From: an uncultured Solirubrobacteraceae bacterium
GTDB taxonomy: Bacteria > Actinomycetota > Thermoleophilia > Solirubrobacterales > Solirubrobacteraceae
Assembly (NCBI GenBank): GCA_963811595.1
Contig: CAWERW010000008.1
Span: 374,965 to 438,964, forward strand
DNA: 64,000 nucleotides
Direction of reading: 5' to 3'
In this document: piece after piece, positions 11,585 through 21,830 of the stretch
How positions within the stretch are numbered: the first letter of the stretch is position 1
How the letters are laid out: each line of letters opens with the position of its first letter
Notes under the pieces: model-generated
Told to the model about the DNA's origin: nothing
Databases searched by the model: none
The model's input: only the letters and a program-made list of their open reading frames with translations
Position numbers and translations under genes: made by a program

Positions 11585-12415
11585 GTGAGCTACGACGTCG
11601 ACGTCGCGACCCACGAGCGGCCCGAGCCCGGCGAGCCGCCGGACGGCGTGACCGTCGACGGCCCGTTCGAGATCGAGCCGGCCGATCTGGCCGACGCGCT
11701 CGCGGCCGCCGTGCTCGCCCCGCGCTGGCTCGTGCAGGTCTCGGGGACGAAGCGCGAGACCGCTCGCAGGTTCGGCCGCGAGCTCGCCAAGGCGCACGAC
11801 GGCGCCGCCTACGACCGCCAGGAGGACGCGGTGTTCCAGCCGCGCGGGACGCCGAAGCGCGTGCCGGCGGGCAAGGCGGAGAAGAAGACGAACATCGTCT
11901 GCCTGGAGTGGACCGCACCCGACTGGGCGACTGCGCCGGCCGCGATGATCGACGCGATCGCGCGCCACGCCCGCGAGGCCCTGCCCCGCCGCTACGGCGA
12001 CTACGAGCCGCCGCAGGAGCGGTTCGAGGACCCGGCGGCGTTCGCGGCGTTCGCGCAGGACCACCGGACGTTCTGGTACGCGTCGCGGCCGTTCTTCGGC
12101 GGGCACGCGAACCCGCCGGGCGACCTGCAGCTCGAGGTGGACTGGCGGGTGCTGACGGCCGACGAGCGCTGGCGCGAGGCGGTCGTGGACCTGTTCGCCG
12201 CGGTCGCCGAGGCGACGAGCGCGACGCGCGGCGAGGCCTACGCGGAGCGGGGCTGGACGGTGTCGGCCAACAACCGCCTGTGGACCACGTACAGCCGCCG
12301 GGACCGCCGCGGCCCGGCGTGGATCGAGTGGGACGGCATGCTGACCCGCCACGGCGAGCTGCCGCGCCCGCGCCGCCCGTTGTTCAGCCGAGGAGCCGGG
12401 CGAGGTCGGCGCTGA
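11585..12415 (+). CDS. hypothetical protein with no recognisable domain, on the opposite strand inside the aro-cmk-der run
   Basis: 276 codons with strong GC3 bias and normal amino-acid composition (Trp/Tyr/Phe-rich, not an Arg-run artefact). GTG start lies 26 nt from the divergent cmk start. The 3' end overlaps the aroA 3' end by 32 nt. Confidence 0.6.
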   Translation: MSYDVDVATHERPEPGEPPDGVTVDGPFEIEPADLADALAAAVLAPRWLVQVSGTKRETARRFGRELAKAHDGAAYDRQEDAVFQPRGTPKRVPAGKAEKKTNIVCLEWTAPDWATAPAAMIDAIARHAREALPRRYGDYEPPQERFEDPAAFAAFAQDHRTFWYASRPFFGGHANPPGDLQLEVDWRVLTADERWREAVVDLFAAVAEATSATRGEAYAERGWTVSANNRLWTTYSRRDRRGPAWIEWDGMLTRHGELPRPRRPLFSRGAGRGRR

Positions 12416-13679
12416 AGCCCGGGTAGGAGACGGCGGCCGCCTCCATCCCCACGACCTCGACGCCCTCGCGCGACGCCAGCCCCGCGACCGCGCCGAGCAT
12501 CGCCAGCCGGTGATCGCCGTGGGCCTCCATCACGCCGCCGCGCAGCCCGCCCGTCCCGCGCACCGCGAAGCCGTCCACGGCCGCCTCGATGTCGGCCCCG
12601 AGCCCGCGCAGCCCGTCGACCACGGTGGCGATGCGGTCGCTCTCCTTGAGCCGCAGCTCGGCCGCGCCGCGCACGACGGTCTCGCCCTCCGCGAAGCAGC
12701 CGAGCAGCGCGACGAGCGGCAGCTCGTCGATGGCCAGCGGTACCTCGTCCGCCTCGACGACGGTCGCGCCCAGCGGCGCGTCGCAGACGTCGAGCTCGGC
12801 GACCGGCTCGGCCGCCGGGATGCCGTCCTGCGGCTCCTCCAGCGGGCCGACGACGACCGCGCCCATGCGCTGGGCGATGCGCAGGAAGCCCACGCGCGTC
12901 CAGTTCACCCCGACGCCCTCGAGCACGAGCCTGGAGCCCGGCACGAGCATCGCCGCCGCCGCGTGGAAGGCGATCGAGGACGGGTCGCCGGGCACGTCGA
13001 TGTGGTCGATCTCGAGCTCGTCCTGCGGGTGCACGGTCACCGTCGCGCCGTCGCGCTCGACGCGCGCGCCGGCCTGCAGCAGCATCCGCTCCGTATGGTC
13101 GCGCGTCGGGGCCGGCTCGGTGACGCTCGTTGCGCCCGACGCCAGCAGTCCCGCGAACAGCACGCAGGACTTGATCTGGGCGGAGGCGACCGGGAGCTCG
13201 TAGTCGATCCCCTCGAGCCGCCGCCCGCTGATCGTCAGCGGCGTGAAGCGGCCGTCGCGCGCGTCGAGATGCGCGCCCATGAGCGCCAGCGGCGCCGCGA
13301 TCCGGTCGACCGGGCGGCGGCGGATCGACTCGTCGCCGTCGAGGATCCACACGCCCTCGGCCTGCCCCGCGAGCCAGCCCGGCAGCAGCCGCAGCAGCGT
13401 GCCCGCGTTACCGACGTCGATCACGCCCGTCGGCTGCGCCGCCGCCCGCAGCCCCGGACCGCGGATCACGAGCTCGTCGTCGCGCCGCTCCACCAGCGCG
13501 CCCACCGCCTGCACCGCGCGCAGCGTCGAGAGCGTGTCCTCCGCCGCCAGGTAGCCGGTCACGCGCACGGGGTCGGAGGTCATCCCGGCCAGTAGCGCCG
13601 CGCGGTGGGAGATCGACTTGTCGGGCGGCGCGACCAGCGTGCCGCGGAGGCCGCTCTCCGCGGGGGCGAAGAACGTCAT
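12384..13679 (-). CDS. aroA: 3-phosphoshikimate 1-carboxyvinyltransferase (EPSP synthase)
   Basis: [22 protein letters not shown].., ..[12 protein letters not shown].., ..LRLKESDRI... Start trimmed to ATG 13679 (ATGA overlap with the tyrA stop). Confidence 0.9.
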   Translation of the reverse strand: MTFFAPAESGLRGTLVAPPDKSISHRAALLAGMTSDPVRVTGYLAAEDTLSTLRAVQAVGALVERRDDELVIRGPGLRAAAQPTGVIDVGNAGTLLRLLPGWLAGQAEGVWILDGDESIRRRPVDRIAAPLALMGAHLDARDGRFTPLTISGRRLEGIDYELPVASAQIKSCVLFAGLLASGATSVTEPAPTRDHTERMLLQAGARVERDGATVTVHPQDELEIDHIDVPGDPSSIAFHAAAAMLVPGSRLVLEGVGVNWTRVGFLRIAQRMGAVVVGPLEEPQDGIPAAEPVAELDVCDAPLGATVVEADEVPLAIDELPLVALLGCFAEGETVVRGAAELRLKESDRIATVVDGLRGLGADIEAAVDGFAVRGTGGLRGGVMEAHGDHRLAMLGAVAGLASREGVEVVGMEAAAVSYPGFSADLARLLG

Positions 13680-14740
13680 GGGCGGGCCACCGTGAAGCCG
13701 AGCGCGCCGATCAGCCCCTCGGCCTCGCTCGCGTCGTCCGCGCCCGCGATCCACAGCGCGATCGAGCCCGTCGTGTTGTCGGCCGCCGGGTAGAGCGCCA
13801 TGTCGACGATGTTGACCTGCGCGCGCCCGAGCGCCAGCGCCACCTCGGCCACCACGCCCGGCCGGTTCGGGACCGACACGCGCAGCTCGACCACCTCGCC
13901 GCCGGCGAGGTCGGCCTCCAGCAGCCGCCGGCGGTCCTCGCGCGCCGCGTCGTTCCAGCCCTTCACCGCGCCCTCGTCGCGCGCCGCCAGGGCGTCGCGC
14001 ACGTCGCCGAGCCGCCGCAGGGTGTCGTCGATGGCGGCCACCAGCGCGTCGGCGTTGGAGAGGTAGATGTCGCCCCAGATCGCGCTCGACGCGCCGGCCA
14101 CGCGCGTGGCGTCGCGGAAGCTCGGGCCGGTCGGCGGCAGCCGCTCGGACTCGAGCGCGCGCGCCGTCTGCGCCACGAGCACGTTGGCGAGCACGTGCGG
14201 GAGGTGCGAGACCGACGCCATCAGCCGGTCGTGCGTCTCGGCGTCGATCGCGGCGGGTCGCGCGCCGAGGTCGGCGAGCAGCCGGTAGAGGCGCTCGTAG
14301 AGCACGCCCTCGGTGCGCGAGGTCGGCGTCAGGTACCAGGTGGCGCCGTCGAACAGCCCGGCGCGCGCGTGCTCGACCCCGGCGGTCTCGGCGCCGGCCA
14401 GCGGATGGCCGCCGATGAAGCGCCGGTCGTCGACGGCGCCGACGAGCTCGCGCTTGGTCGAGCCGACGTCGGTGACGACGCAGCCCGGCGCCGCCGCCGC
14501 CAGCGCCTCCCCCACCACGCCCGGCAGCGCGCGCACGGGCGCGGCGACGAAGGCCGCCTCGGCGCCCTCGAGCGCCTCGGCGGCCGAGCCGCACGCAGCC
14601 GTGATCGCGCCGTGCTCGACGGCGCGCTCGAGCACGCCCGGCGCGGGGTCGTAGCCGCGGACCTCGGCCCCCAGGCGCTCCCGGGCGGCGAGCCCCACGG
14701 ACCCGCCGACCAGGCCGACGCCGAGGACCGCGACGATCAA
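13676..14740 (-). CDS. tyrA: prephenate dehydrogenase with C-terminal ACT-like domain
   Basis: [15 protein letters not shown] Rossmann motif and ..[21 protein letters not shown]... TTG start at 14740 forms a TTGA overlap with the upstream stop. Confidence 0.85.
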   Translation of the reverse strand: MIVAVLGVGLVGGSVGLAARERLGAEVRGYDPAPGVLERAVEHGAITAACGSAAEALEGAEAAFVAAPVRALPGVVGEALAAAAPGCVVTDVGSTKRELVGAVDDRRFIGGHPLAGAETAGVEHARAGLFDGATWYLTPTSRTEGVLYERLYRLLADLGARPAAIDAETHDRLMASVSHLPHVLANVLVAQTARALESERLPPTGPSFRDATRVAGASSAIWGDIYLSNADALVAAIDDTLRRLGDVRDALAARDEGAVKGWNDAAREDRRRLLEADLAGGEVVELRVSVPNRPGVVAEVALALGRAQVNIVDMALYPAADNTTGSIALWIAGADDASEAEGLIGALGFTVARP

Positions 14741-15768
14741 GCGCGAACCGAGGAGAGCACCTTGCCGGCGACGGCCGCGGCGCGCTCGACCTGCTCGACG
14801 TACTCGGCGAACGTGTCGGCGACGAGCGCCTGCGGGCCGTCGCAGATCGCCTCCTCGGGCTGCGGGTGCACCTCGACGATGATCCCGTCCGCGCCCACGG
14901 CCGCCGCGGCCAGCGACAGCGGGGTCACGAGGTCGCGCCGCCCGGCCGCGTGGCTGGGGTCGACGATGACGGGCAGGTGCGAGAGCTCCTTGAGCACGGG
15001 CACGGCGGTCAGGTCGAGCGTGTAGCGGTAGGCGGTCTCGAACGTGCGGATGCCGCGCTCGCACAGCAGCACGTTCGGGTTGCCCTCCTTGAGGATGTAC
15101 TCCGCCGCCATCAGCAGCTCCTCGAGCGTCGCCGACGCCCCGCGCTTGAGCAGCGCCGGCCGCCCTGACCGGCCGATCTCGGCCAGCAGCGGGTAGTTCT
15201 GCATGTTGCGGGCGCCGATCTGGATGACGTCGGCCACCTCGAGCACGGGCTCGAGGTCGCGCGCGTCCATGCACTCGGTGACGATCGGCAGCCCGGTCTC
15301 GGCCTTGGCCTCGGCGAGCAGCCGCAGGCCCTCCTGGCCGAGCCCCTGGAACGCGTAGGGCGAGGTGCGCGGCTTGTAGGCGCCGCCGCGGAACAGCGAG
15401 CCGCCGGCCGCCTTGACGATGCGCGCGGTGCCGAGCGTCTGGTCGCGCGACTCGACCGTGCACGGCCCGGCGATCATCGAGAAGTGCTCGCCGCCGATCC
15501 GGCGGCCGTCGATCTCGACGACGGACGGCCTCTCCGAGCGGACCTGCGCCGACGCGAGCTTGTACGGCTTCAGGATCGGCACGACCTGCTGGACGCCGGG
15601 GGCGCCCTCGAGGCCGAGGCGCATCACGTGCTCGCGATCGCCGATCGCGCCGATCACGGTGACCTCCTCGCCGCGCGAGGGGTGGGCTCGTGCACCGACG
15701 GTCTCGATGCGGTCGATGACGGACTGGATCTCCTCCTCCGTCGCCGACGATTTCATCACGATCATCAT
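14737..15768 (-). CDS. 3-deoxy-7-phosphoheptulonate (DAHP) synthase, type I-beta with an N-terminal regulatory domain
   Basis: ..[34 protein letters not shown].. GGAG lies upstream of the ATG. Confidence 0.9.
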   Translation of the reverse strand: MMIVMKSSATEEEIQSVIDRIETVGARAHPSRGEEVTVIGAIGDREHVMRLGLEGAPGVQQVVPILKPYKLASAQVRSERPSVVEIDGRRIGGEHFSMIAGPCTVESRDQTLGTARIVKAAGGSLFRGGAYKPRTSPYAFQGLGQEGLRLLAEAKAETGLPIVTECMDARDLEPVLEVADVIQIGARNMQNYPLLAEIGRSGRPALLKRGASATLEELLMAAEYILKEGNPNVLLCERGIRTFETAYRYTLDLTAVPVLKELSHLPVIVDPSHAAGRRDLVTPLSLAAAAVGADGIIVEVHPQPEEAICDGPQALVADTFAEYVEQVERAAAVAGKVLSSVRA

Positions 15769-15970
15769 CTGGACTCCTCGAAATTACGCCACTGGACACT
15801 CTACGGACGTGCTTCGGCGCTCGGCAGACCGGCCCGGAGGCCGGTTGTTCACGACCGAGCGCCTAGAGAAATCGCCAGGCGGAACGGCTCGCGGCGCCGG
15901 CGTAGAGATACGCGGCGGAGAAGGAGGCGAGCTGTCCGGTGCTGGAGCGCATGGCGCGGAAGCGCCGAGC

Positions 15971-17068
15971 TTAGAGCAGCGCGCCGAGCGCGTCCAGGAA
16001 GCGCTCGTTCTCGGCCTCGGTGCCGACCGTCACCCGCAGCGCGCCGGCGCGGCCCAGCGAGCCGCCCGCGCGCACGAGGATGCCGCGTTGCGCGAGGCCG
16101 CGCATGATCTCGCTCTCGACCTCGGCGGGGTCGTCGTCCTCGCCCGCCGGGAGGTCGAACCAGACGAAGTTGGCCTGCGACTCGGCGGGCTCGATCCCGA
16201 GCCGCCGCAGCCCGTCCTCGAGCCCCATCCGCTCGGCGAGGTTGCGCTCCACGCGGCGGGCGACCTCGTCCTGGTGGTTGAGCGCCTCGAGCGCCGCGGC
16301 CTGGGCGGCGGCGTTGCAGAAGAACGGCTGGCGGACCTGGTCGACGGCGGTGCGGAAGGACTCCGACCCGCACAGCGCGAAGCCGACGCGCAGCCCGCAC
16401 AGTCCGTAGACCTTCGAGAACGTCCGCAGCAGCACGAGGTTCGGATGCTGCTTGAGCAGCGGGATCGACTCGTCGGGGTCCTGCAGGATGTTGAACTCGC
16501 AGTAGGCCTCGTCGAGGATCACCGCGACGTGGCTCGGCACGTCGGCCACGAACGCCGCGATGTCCGCGAGCGGCAGAGCGGTCGAGGTCGGGTTGTTGGG
16601 GTTGCAGACGACCACGAGCCGCGTGGCGACGGTGATCTCCTCGCGCATCCGCGCCAGGTCGTGCTTGTGCTCGGCGTCGACCGGGACCTCGATCGCGCGC
16701 GCGCCGGACGCGGCCGCCAGGTGCGGGTAGACCGAGAAGCTCGGCCACGCGTAGACGACCTCGGCGCCCGGCTCGAGCAGCGCGTCGCCGGCGGCCAGCA
16801 GGACGTCGCAGGAGCCGTTGCCGACCGCGATCCGGTTGGCGGGCACGCCGTAGCGGTCCGACAGCCGCGTGCGCAGCGCCGAGTTGGTGGGATCCGGGTA
16901 GCGGTTGACGCCGCTGAGGACGTTCGTGACCGCCTCGACGACCTCGGGGATCGGCGGATACGCGCTCTCGTTGGAGGCGAGCTTGGCCACCGGGCCCTCC
17001 GACGCGTAGCCGTCGGCGGCCGGATAGACCGGGATGCGGCGGACCTTGGAGCCGAACTCGAGCGGCAT
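15971..17068 (-). CDS. hisC: histidinol-phosphate / aromatic aminotransferase (class II)
   Basis: ..KLASNESAYPP..RYPDP..VVVCNPNNPTS..RTFSKVYGL... Context between chorismate mutase and tyrA matches the Bacillus-type aro supraoperon. Confidence 0.85.
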   Translation of the reverse strand: MPLEFGSKVRRIPVYPAADGYASEGPVAKLASNESAYPPIPEVVEAVTNVLSGVNRYPDPTNSALRTRLSDRYGVPANRIAVGNGSCDVLLAAGDALLEPGAEVVYAWPSFSVYPHLAAASGARAIEVPVDAEHKHDLARMREEITVATRLVVVCNPNNPTSTALPLADIAAFVADVPSHVAVILDEAYCEFNILQDPDESIPLLKQHPNLVLLRTFSKVYGLCGLRVGFALCGSESFRTAVDQVRQPFFCNAAAQAAALEALNHQDEVARRVERNLAERMGLEDGLRRLGIEPAESQANFVWFDLPAGEDDDPAEVESEIMRGLAQRGILVRAGGSLGRAGALRVTVGTEAENERFLDALGALL

Positions 17069-17080
17069 CTCAGATCCAGG

Positions 17081-17458
17081 CTACTGCGCGCCCGTGATGT
17101 CGAGGCGGAGCGCCGCCGCCTCGCCGAGGTAGACGTGCTGCGGCTCGTGATCCTCGTCGCCGTAGCAGTGGATGAGCACGCGGATGACGCGCGGCAGCGA
17201 CCCCGGCACCGGCACCTCGCGGGTGCACAGCAGCGGCACGGCGCTCAGGCCCATCTTGCGCGCGGCGACGGCGGGGAACTCGGCGTCGAGGTCGTCGGTG
17301 AGCGTGAAGATGCAGGAGACGAGGTCCTCGGCGGCGAGGTCGTTGCGCGAGAGGATCTCGCGCATCAGCTCGTCGGTGGCGCCGAGGATGGCGCCGGCGT
17401 CGTTCTCGGCCACGGAGGTGGCCCCGCGGAGGGCGTAGAGGCGCATCGGCCGCGGCAT
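17081..17458 (-). CDS. aroH: chorismate mutase, AroH class
   Basis: MRLYALRGATSVAEND..CIFTLTDDLDAEFPAVAAR..IRVLIH aligns with B. subtilis AroH from memory. The start may instead be the internal ATG 12 nt downstream. Confidence 0.8.
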   Translation of the reverse strand: MPRPMRLYALRGATSVAENDAGAILGATDELMREILSRNDLAAEDLVSCIFTLTDDLDAEFPAVAARKMGLSAVPLLCTREVPVPGSLPRVIRVLIHCYGDEDHEPQHVYLGEAAALRLDITGAQ

Positions 17459-17462
17459 TCAA

Positions 17463-18155
17463 TCAGCGACGCAGCCGCTCGACCTCGGCGGCCGTCAGGC
17501 GGCGGTGCCCGCCGGCGGGCAGGCTGCCCAGCCGCAGCGGCCCGAACGCGACCCGCTCGAGCGACTCGACGCGGTGCCCGATCGCTTCGCACATCCGCCG
17601 GATCTGGCGCTTGCGGCCCTCGTGGATCGTGATCTCGAGCTCGCCCGAGGAGATGCGGCGGACCTTGGCGGGCGCGGTGCGGCCGTCGTCGAGCTCGACG
17701 CCCTCGCGCAGCTTGCGCAGCGCCGGCTCGCGCACCGGCGGATTGCGGACGACGGCGCGGTAGGTCTTGGGCACCTCGAAGCTCGGATGCGTCAGGCGGT
17801 GGGCGAGCTCCCCGTCGTCGGTGAGGAGGAGCAGGCCCGTGGTGTCGGCGTCGAGGCGGCCCACGGGGTACAGCCGCCGGTCGGCGTGGACCAGGTCGAC
17901 GACCGTGCGGCGGCCGTGGGTGTCCTGGGAGGTCGAGACGACGCCCGCGGGCTTGTTGAGGATGTAGACCGCGCGCTCCTGCTCGGTCCCGCCGACCGGC
18001 CGCCCGTCGACGGTGATCGGCTTCGAGCCGTCGACGTCGCGCGCGGGGTCGCGCACGACATGCCCGGCGACCTTGACGCGGCCGTCGAAGATCAGCTGCT
18101 CGGCGGCGCGCCGGGAGGCGACCCCGGCGTGGGCGAGGTGCTTGGCGAGCCGCAT
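17463..18155 (-). CDS. rluB: pseudouridine synthase, RsuA/RluB family
   Basis: S4 domain (MRLAKHLAHAGVASRRAAEQLI) plus catalytic ..PVGRLDADTTGLLLLTDDGEL... Start trimmed to ATG 18155. Confidence 0.85.
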   Translation of the reverse strand: MRLAKHLAHAGVASRRAAEQLIFDGRVKVAGHVVRDPARDVDGSKPITVDGRPVGGTEQERAVYILNKPAGVVSTSQDTHGRRTVVDLVHADRRLYPVGRLDADTTGLLLLTDDGELAHRLTHPSFEVPKTYRAVVRNPPVREPALRKLREGVELDDGRTAPAKVRRISSGELEITIHEGRKRQIRRMCEAIGHRVESLERVAFGPLRLGSLPAGGHRRLTAAEVERLRR

Positions 18156-18177
18156 GGTGGTGCCACCATAGAAACCC

Positions 18178-19158
18178 GTGGACCTCCAACTCCTCGAGAG
18201 CACGCTCGCCGACGCCGGCGAGCCCGCCTTCCGCGCCCGCCAGGCGTGGCGCTGGACCGCGGGCGGGGCCGCCGGCTACGACGAGATGACCGACCTGCCG
18301 GCCGCGCTGCGCGACCGGCTCGCCGCCGAGGTCCCCTACTCCACGCTCACGCTCGCCCATGAGGCGCACGCGCGCGACGGCACCGTCAAGGCGCTCTTCC
18401 ACACCCACGACGGCCGCCCGGTCGAAGCGGTGCTCATGCGCTATCGCGACGGCCGCCGCTCGGTCTGCGTCTCCTCGCAGTCGGGCTGCCCGCTGACGTG
18501 CACGTTCTGCGCGACCGGCGCGATGAAGTTCGGCCGCAACCTGACCGCCTCGGAGATCCTCGACCAGGTCCTGCACTTCCGCCGCATCGAGCCGCTCAAC
18601 CACCTCGTCTACATGGGGATGGGCGAGCCGATGATGAACCTCGACAACGTGCTCGCCTCAGCGCGGCGCCTGCCCGACCTCGGCATCACCCACCGCCGCA
18701 CGGGCATCTCGACCGTCGGCTGGGCGCCCGGCATCCGCAAGCTGACCGAGTCGGACATGCCGATCCGGCTCGCGCTGTCCCTGCACGCGCCCGAGGACGC
18801 GCTGCGCTCACGGATCATGCCCGTCAACGAGCGCTACTCGATCGCGGAGGTGCTCGAGGCCTGCGAGGCGCACTACGCGCGCCGCAAGCGCAAGGTCTTC
18901 GTCGAGTACGTGATGCTCGCGGGCGTCAACGACTCCTACGCGCAGGCGGGCCAGCTCGCGCAGCTCCTGAACCCGCGGGTCTACAAGCTCAACCTCATCC
19001 CCTACAACCCGACGGACTCCGTCTACGACGGCTCCTCGCGCGGCGCGATCGACGCGTTCAAGGCCGCGCTCGAGGAGCACGGCCTGACCGCGACGGTCCG
19101 CCTCACCCGCGGCCGCGATATCGACGCGGCCTGCGGGCAGCTCGCAGCGAAGGGTTAG
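18178..19158 (+). CDS. rlmN: 23S rRNA (adenine2503-C2)/tRNA methyltransferase, radical SAM
   Basis: CPLTCTFCATG radical-SAM motif, ..GMGEP.., ..DIDAACGQL... Confidence 0.9.
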   Translation: MDLQLLESTLADAGEPAFRARQAWRWTAGGAAGYDEMTDLPAALRDRLAAEVPYSTLTLAHEAHARDGTVKALFHTHDGRPVEAVLMRYRDGRRSVCVSSQSGCPLTCTFCATGAMKFGRNLTASEILDQVLHFRRIEPLNHLVYMGMGEPMMNLDNVLASARRLPDLGITHRRTGISTVGWAPGIRKLTESDMPIRLALSLHAPEDALRSRIMPVNERYSIAEVLEACEAHYARRKRKVFVEYVMLAGVNDSYAQAGQLAQLLNPRVYKLNLIPYNPTDSVYDGSSRGAIDAFKAALEEHGLTATVRLTRGRDIDAACGQLAAKG

Positions 19159-21181
19159 CGCACCCTCACCCGCTGCGAGACGGTCGTCGCCCGGCCCTTC
19201 CGGTCGACGAAGGTGAGCAGGAGGCGGTAGCGCGCGTGGCGCAGGCGCGAGCGCGGGCGCACCGCGATCGCGACCCGGCCGCGCCGCACCGTGCGGCGCG
19301 CGGTCCCGTAGACGGTGCTCCCGCGCACGAGCCGCACCCGCACCGACGAGCGCGCGACGCGCGAGGCGAAGCGCACAGTGCAGGTGACCCGCACCTTGCC
19401 GGAGCGCGACGTCTTCGGCTTGCAGCGCACGGTGGCGTCCCGGCCGGCCGGGCCCTGGGGCCCGGTCGCGCCCTGCGGCCCTGAGGCCCTGCGGGCCGCT
19501 CCGGCCGTCGACCCCGTTGGTCCCCCTCGCGCCCGCGGCGCCGTTGGCGCCGTTGGCGCCGTTCGTGCCGTTCGTGCCGTCCGCCCGCCGGGCCGGCCGG
19601 GCCGGCAGGGCCCGCCGGGCCGGCAGGGCCCGCCGGGCCGGCAGGGCCCGTGCCGCCGCCACCCGTCGCCGCGGTCCCCACGCCGCTGAGGAACGCCGTT
19701 TGGGTGCCCGCCACCGTGTTGTCGAACAGCCGCAGGGTCGCCGATCGGGGGCTCGCGACGGTCGGCGCGAAGCGGACGTTGATCGCGCAGAAGCCCTGCG
19801 GCGGGATGCTGAACCCCGTGCAGCTGTCCGACGTCTTGAGGAACTCGTCCGGATCCGAGCCGGCGAACTCGGTCCGCCGCACCCGCAGCGCGTCCCCTCC
19901 GGTGTTCTGGATGTCGAGGGTCGCGAAGCCGCTGATCGTGTTGACCGCCGTGTTCCCCATCTCGCGGATGTCCCCCGAGGCGAACAGCACGGCCGGCCAC
20001 GGCGTCGTGTTGAGCAGCACCGACACCGTGTTCGCGGCCGGGCCGGCCGAGTTCGCCGTCAGGACGTCTGACCGGCCGTCCTCGTTGACGTCCGCGATGG
20101 CGAGCGCGGACGCGCCCGGCCCCACCGGCCAGGGGCCGTCCGCGATCGAGCTCAGCCCCCCGCCGTCGCCGCCCAGGAACACGTGCCCGACTCCGTCCGT
20201 CTCGGCACCCCCCAGGTCGAACCGCTTCATCGTGCCGAACAGGTCGCCCTGGGGGTCGGCGTTGAAGCGCCCGATCGCGAACCCCACGGGGCGGAAGATC
20301 CCGTCGGCGAACAGCTCCTGCTCGTCGATGTGGAACCCGCCGCCGCCGGTGCCGAGCAGCACCATCGAGTCGATGGAGGACCCCGAGCCCGAGGCGAGGA
20401 GGTCGAGATGGCCGTCACCGTCGATGTCTCCCGGCACGATCCGCCGCGGGCCCGTGTCGGCGACGGCCTGAGCCGGGCCGAACGACCCGTCGCCGAGCCC
20501 GAGCCGCAGGAACGTCCCCTCGGTGGCGATGTCGAGCTCGCCGTCCTCGTCGAAGTCCGCGAGCACGAGATCGCTCGCGGCGGTGGCCGGGAGCGGCGGG
20601 CCCTCGGGCGGCGAGAAGGTGTCGCCGTCCTTGAGCAGCACCGCCACGTTGATCGGGCCGGCGCCGCCTTCCCCGCGGTTGCCTACCACGAGGTCGCGCG
20701 AGTCGTTGGCGTCCAGCCGCCCCGCCGCGATCACGACCGGCGAGTTGCCGCGGCTCGCGATCGGCTCGAGCGGCTGGAACTCGCCGCCCTCGTCCTGGAT
20801 CAAGACGGTGACGGTGTCGTCGCCCCGGTCCGCGGTGGCGATGTCGCCCTGCCCGTCCCCGTCGAGGTCGGCGACGACGATCCCGTGCGGGTCGTCACCC
20901 ACGCCGACGGGCGGGCCGGTGGTGAAGCCGCCGAAGCCGTTGCCGTACGCGGGCGTGACGGTGTCGGCAGCACCGTTCGCGGTCGCGAAGTCGGTGTGCT
21001 GGTCGCCGTTGAGGTCACCGACGGCGATCGCCCGCGGCAGCGCGCCCACGCTGACCGGCGACGCCGGGCCCGCCTCGAAGCCGATGTGCCCCGGGAGGGG
21101 CGGAGGCGCGGGGGCGGCCGCGGACGGCGCCGCAGTCGCCAGCCACACCGCGACGAGGAGAAGGGGCAGAAGGCGCGGCAT
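19155..21181 (-). pseudogene. secreted FG-GAP/VCBS-repeat protein with a collagen-like GXY array and an Arg-rich C-terminal module; as sequenced it is split over three frames (two +1 breaks)
   Basis: Signal peptide MPRLLPLLLVAVWLATAAPSAAA and repeated D.NGDG..D FG-GAP motifs. The GXY array reads (GPA)7 in one frame, DGTNGTNGANGANGAAGARGTNGVDGRSGPQG in a second, and GPQGATGPQGPAGRD followed by the module ..KVRVTCTVRF..RYRLLLTFVD..RVRVR* in a third. Confidence 0.65.
19441..19650 (-). repeat. collagen-like GXY coding tandem repeats
   Basis: 18-nt unit gccggcagggcccgccgg x3 (19601-19654), and 9-nt units ccgttggcg x2 and ccgttcgtg x2 (19541-19576). Confidence 0.85.
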
Positions 21182-21257
21182 GGTGGAGCCTCCGATTCGG
21201 CGTATGCGCCACCCTATCCGCGCTCCGGGAGACGCGCAGGAAATCGGTGGAGCGCCG

Positions 21258-21830
21258 CTACGCGCTCGCGCCGGAGCGCTCGTCGCCCGCGCGCAGCAGG
21301 CGGTCGCGCAGCGCCGCCTGGTCCTCAGGGCTCGGGTCCCACTGCTCGAGCTCGGGGAGCTCCTCGATCGAGCGCAGGCCGAACAGCTTCAGGAACAGCG
21401 GCGTCGTCCGGTAGAGCACGGCGCCGAACGGCGAGCGGCCCGCCTCCTCGATCAGCCCGCGCTCGGCCAGCGCGGCGGTCGCCGACTCCGACGCGACGCC
21501 GCGGATGCGGGCCATCTCGGGCCGCGAGACCGGCTGCAGGTAGGCGACGACCGACAGCGTCTCGGCCTGCGCCGGGGTGAGCGTCGGCGTGCGCGGCTTC
21601 GAAAGCAGCCGGCGCGCGGCCTCCTCCGCCCCGGGATGGGAGGCGAGCGTCCAGCCGCCGCCGATCTCCTTGAGCACGACGCCGCGGCCGTGCAGGCCGT
21701 CGCGCAGCTCGGTCAGCGCGTCGAGCACCGCCCACTCGTCCTGCTGCGTGGCGTCGCGCAGGTCGTCGAGCGAGACGGGCTCGGGCGAGAGGAACAGCAG
21801 CGCCTCGACGATCTTGGCGAGCGGCGTCAC
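21258..21830 (-). CDS. scpB: segregation and condensation protein B
   Basis: IVEALLFLSPEPVSL..TLSVVAYLQPVSRPEMARIRGV... Confidence 0.9.
   Translation of the reverse strand: MTPLAKIVEALLFLSPEPVSLDDLRDATQQDEWAVLDALTELRDGLHGRGVVLKEIGGGWTLASHPGAEEAARRLLSKPRTPTLTPAQAETLSVVAYLQPVSRPEMARIRGVASESATAALAERGLIEEAGRSPFGAVLYRTTPLFLKLFGLRSIEELPELEQWDPSPEDQAALRDRLLRAGDERSGASA

Noticed and set aside
9695-12352. 885-aa minus-strand ORF, plus the N-terminal extensions of the track ORFs 9622..11328, 10938..11918, 12384..14594, 13676..15799, 35316..36944 and 39388..41235
   Set aside because: Only the 3' portions carry recognisable protein sequence (der, cmk, aroA, tyrA, ftsQ, ftsW). The upstream parts are Arg-rich and overlap the real upstream genes in another frame. 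Internal starts with ATGA/GTGA/TTGA coupling fit far better.
19541-19654. Short tandem repeats as a possible CRISPR or minisatellite locus
   Set aside because: The units are 9 and 18 nt, directly adjacent with no spacers, and encode GXY collagen-like triplets. They are coding repeats, not CRISPR.
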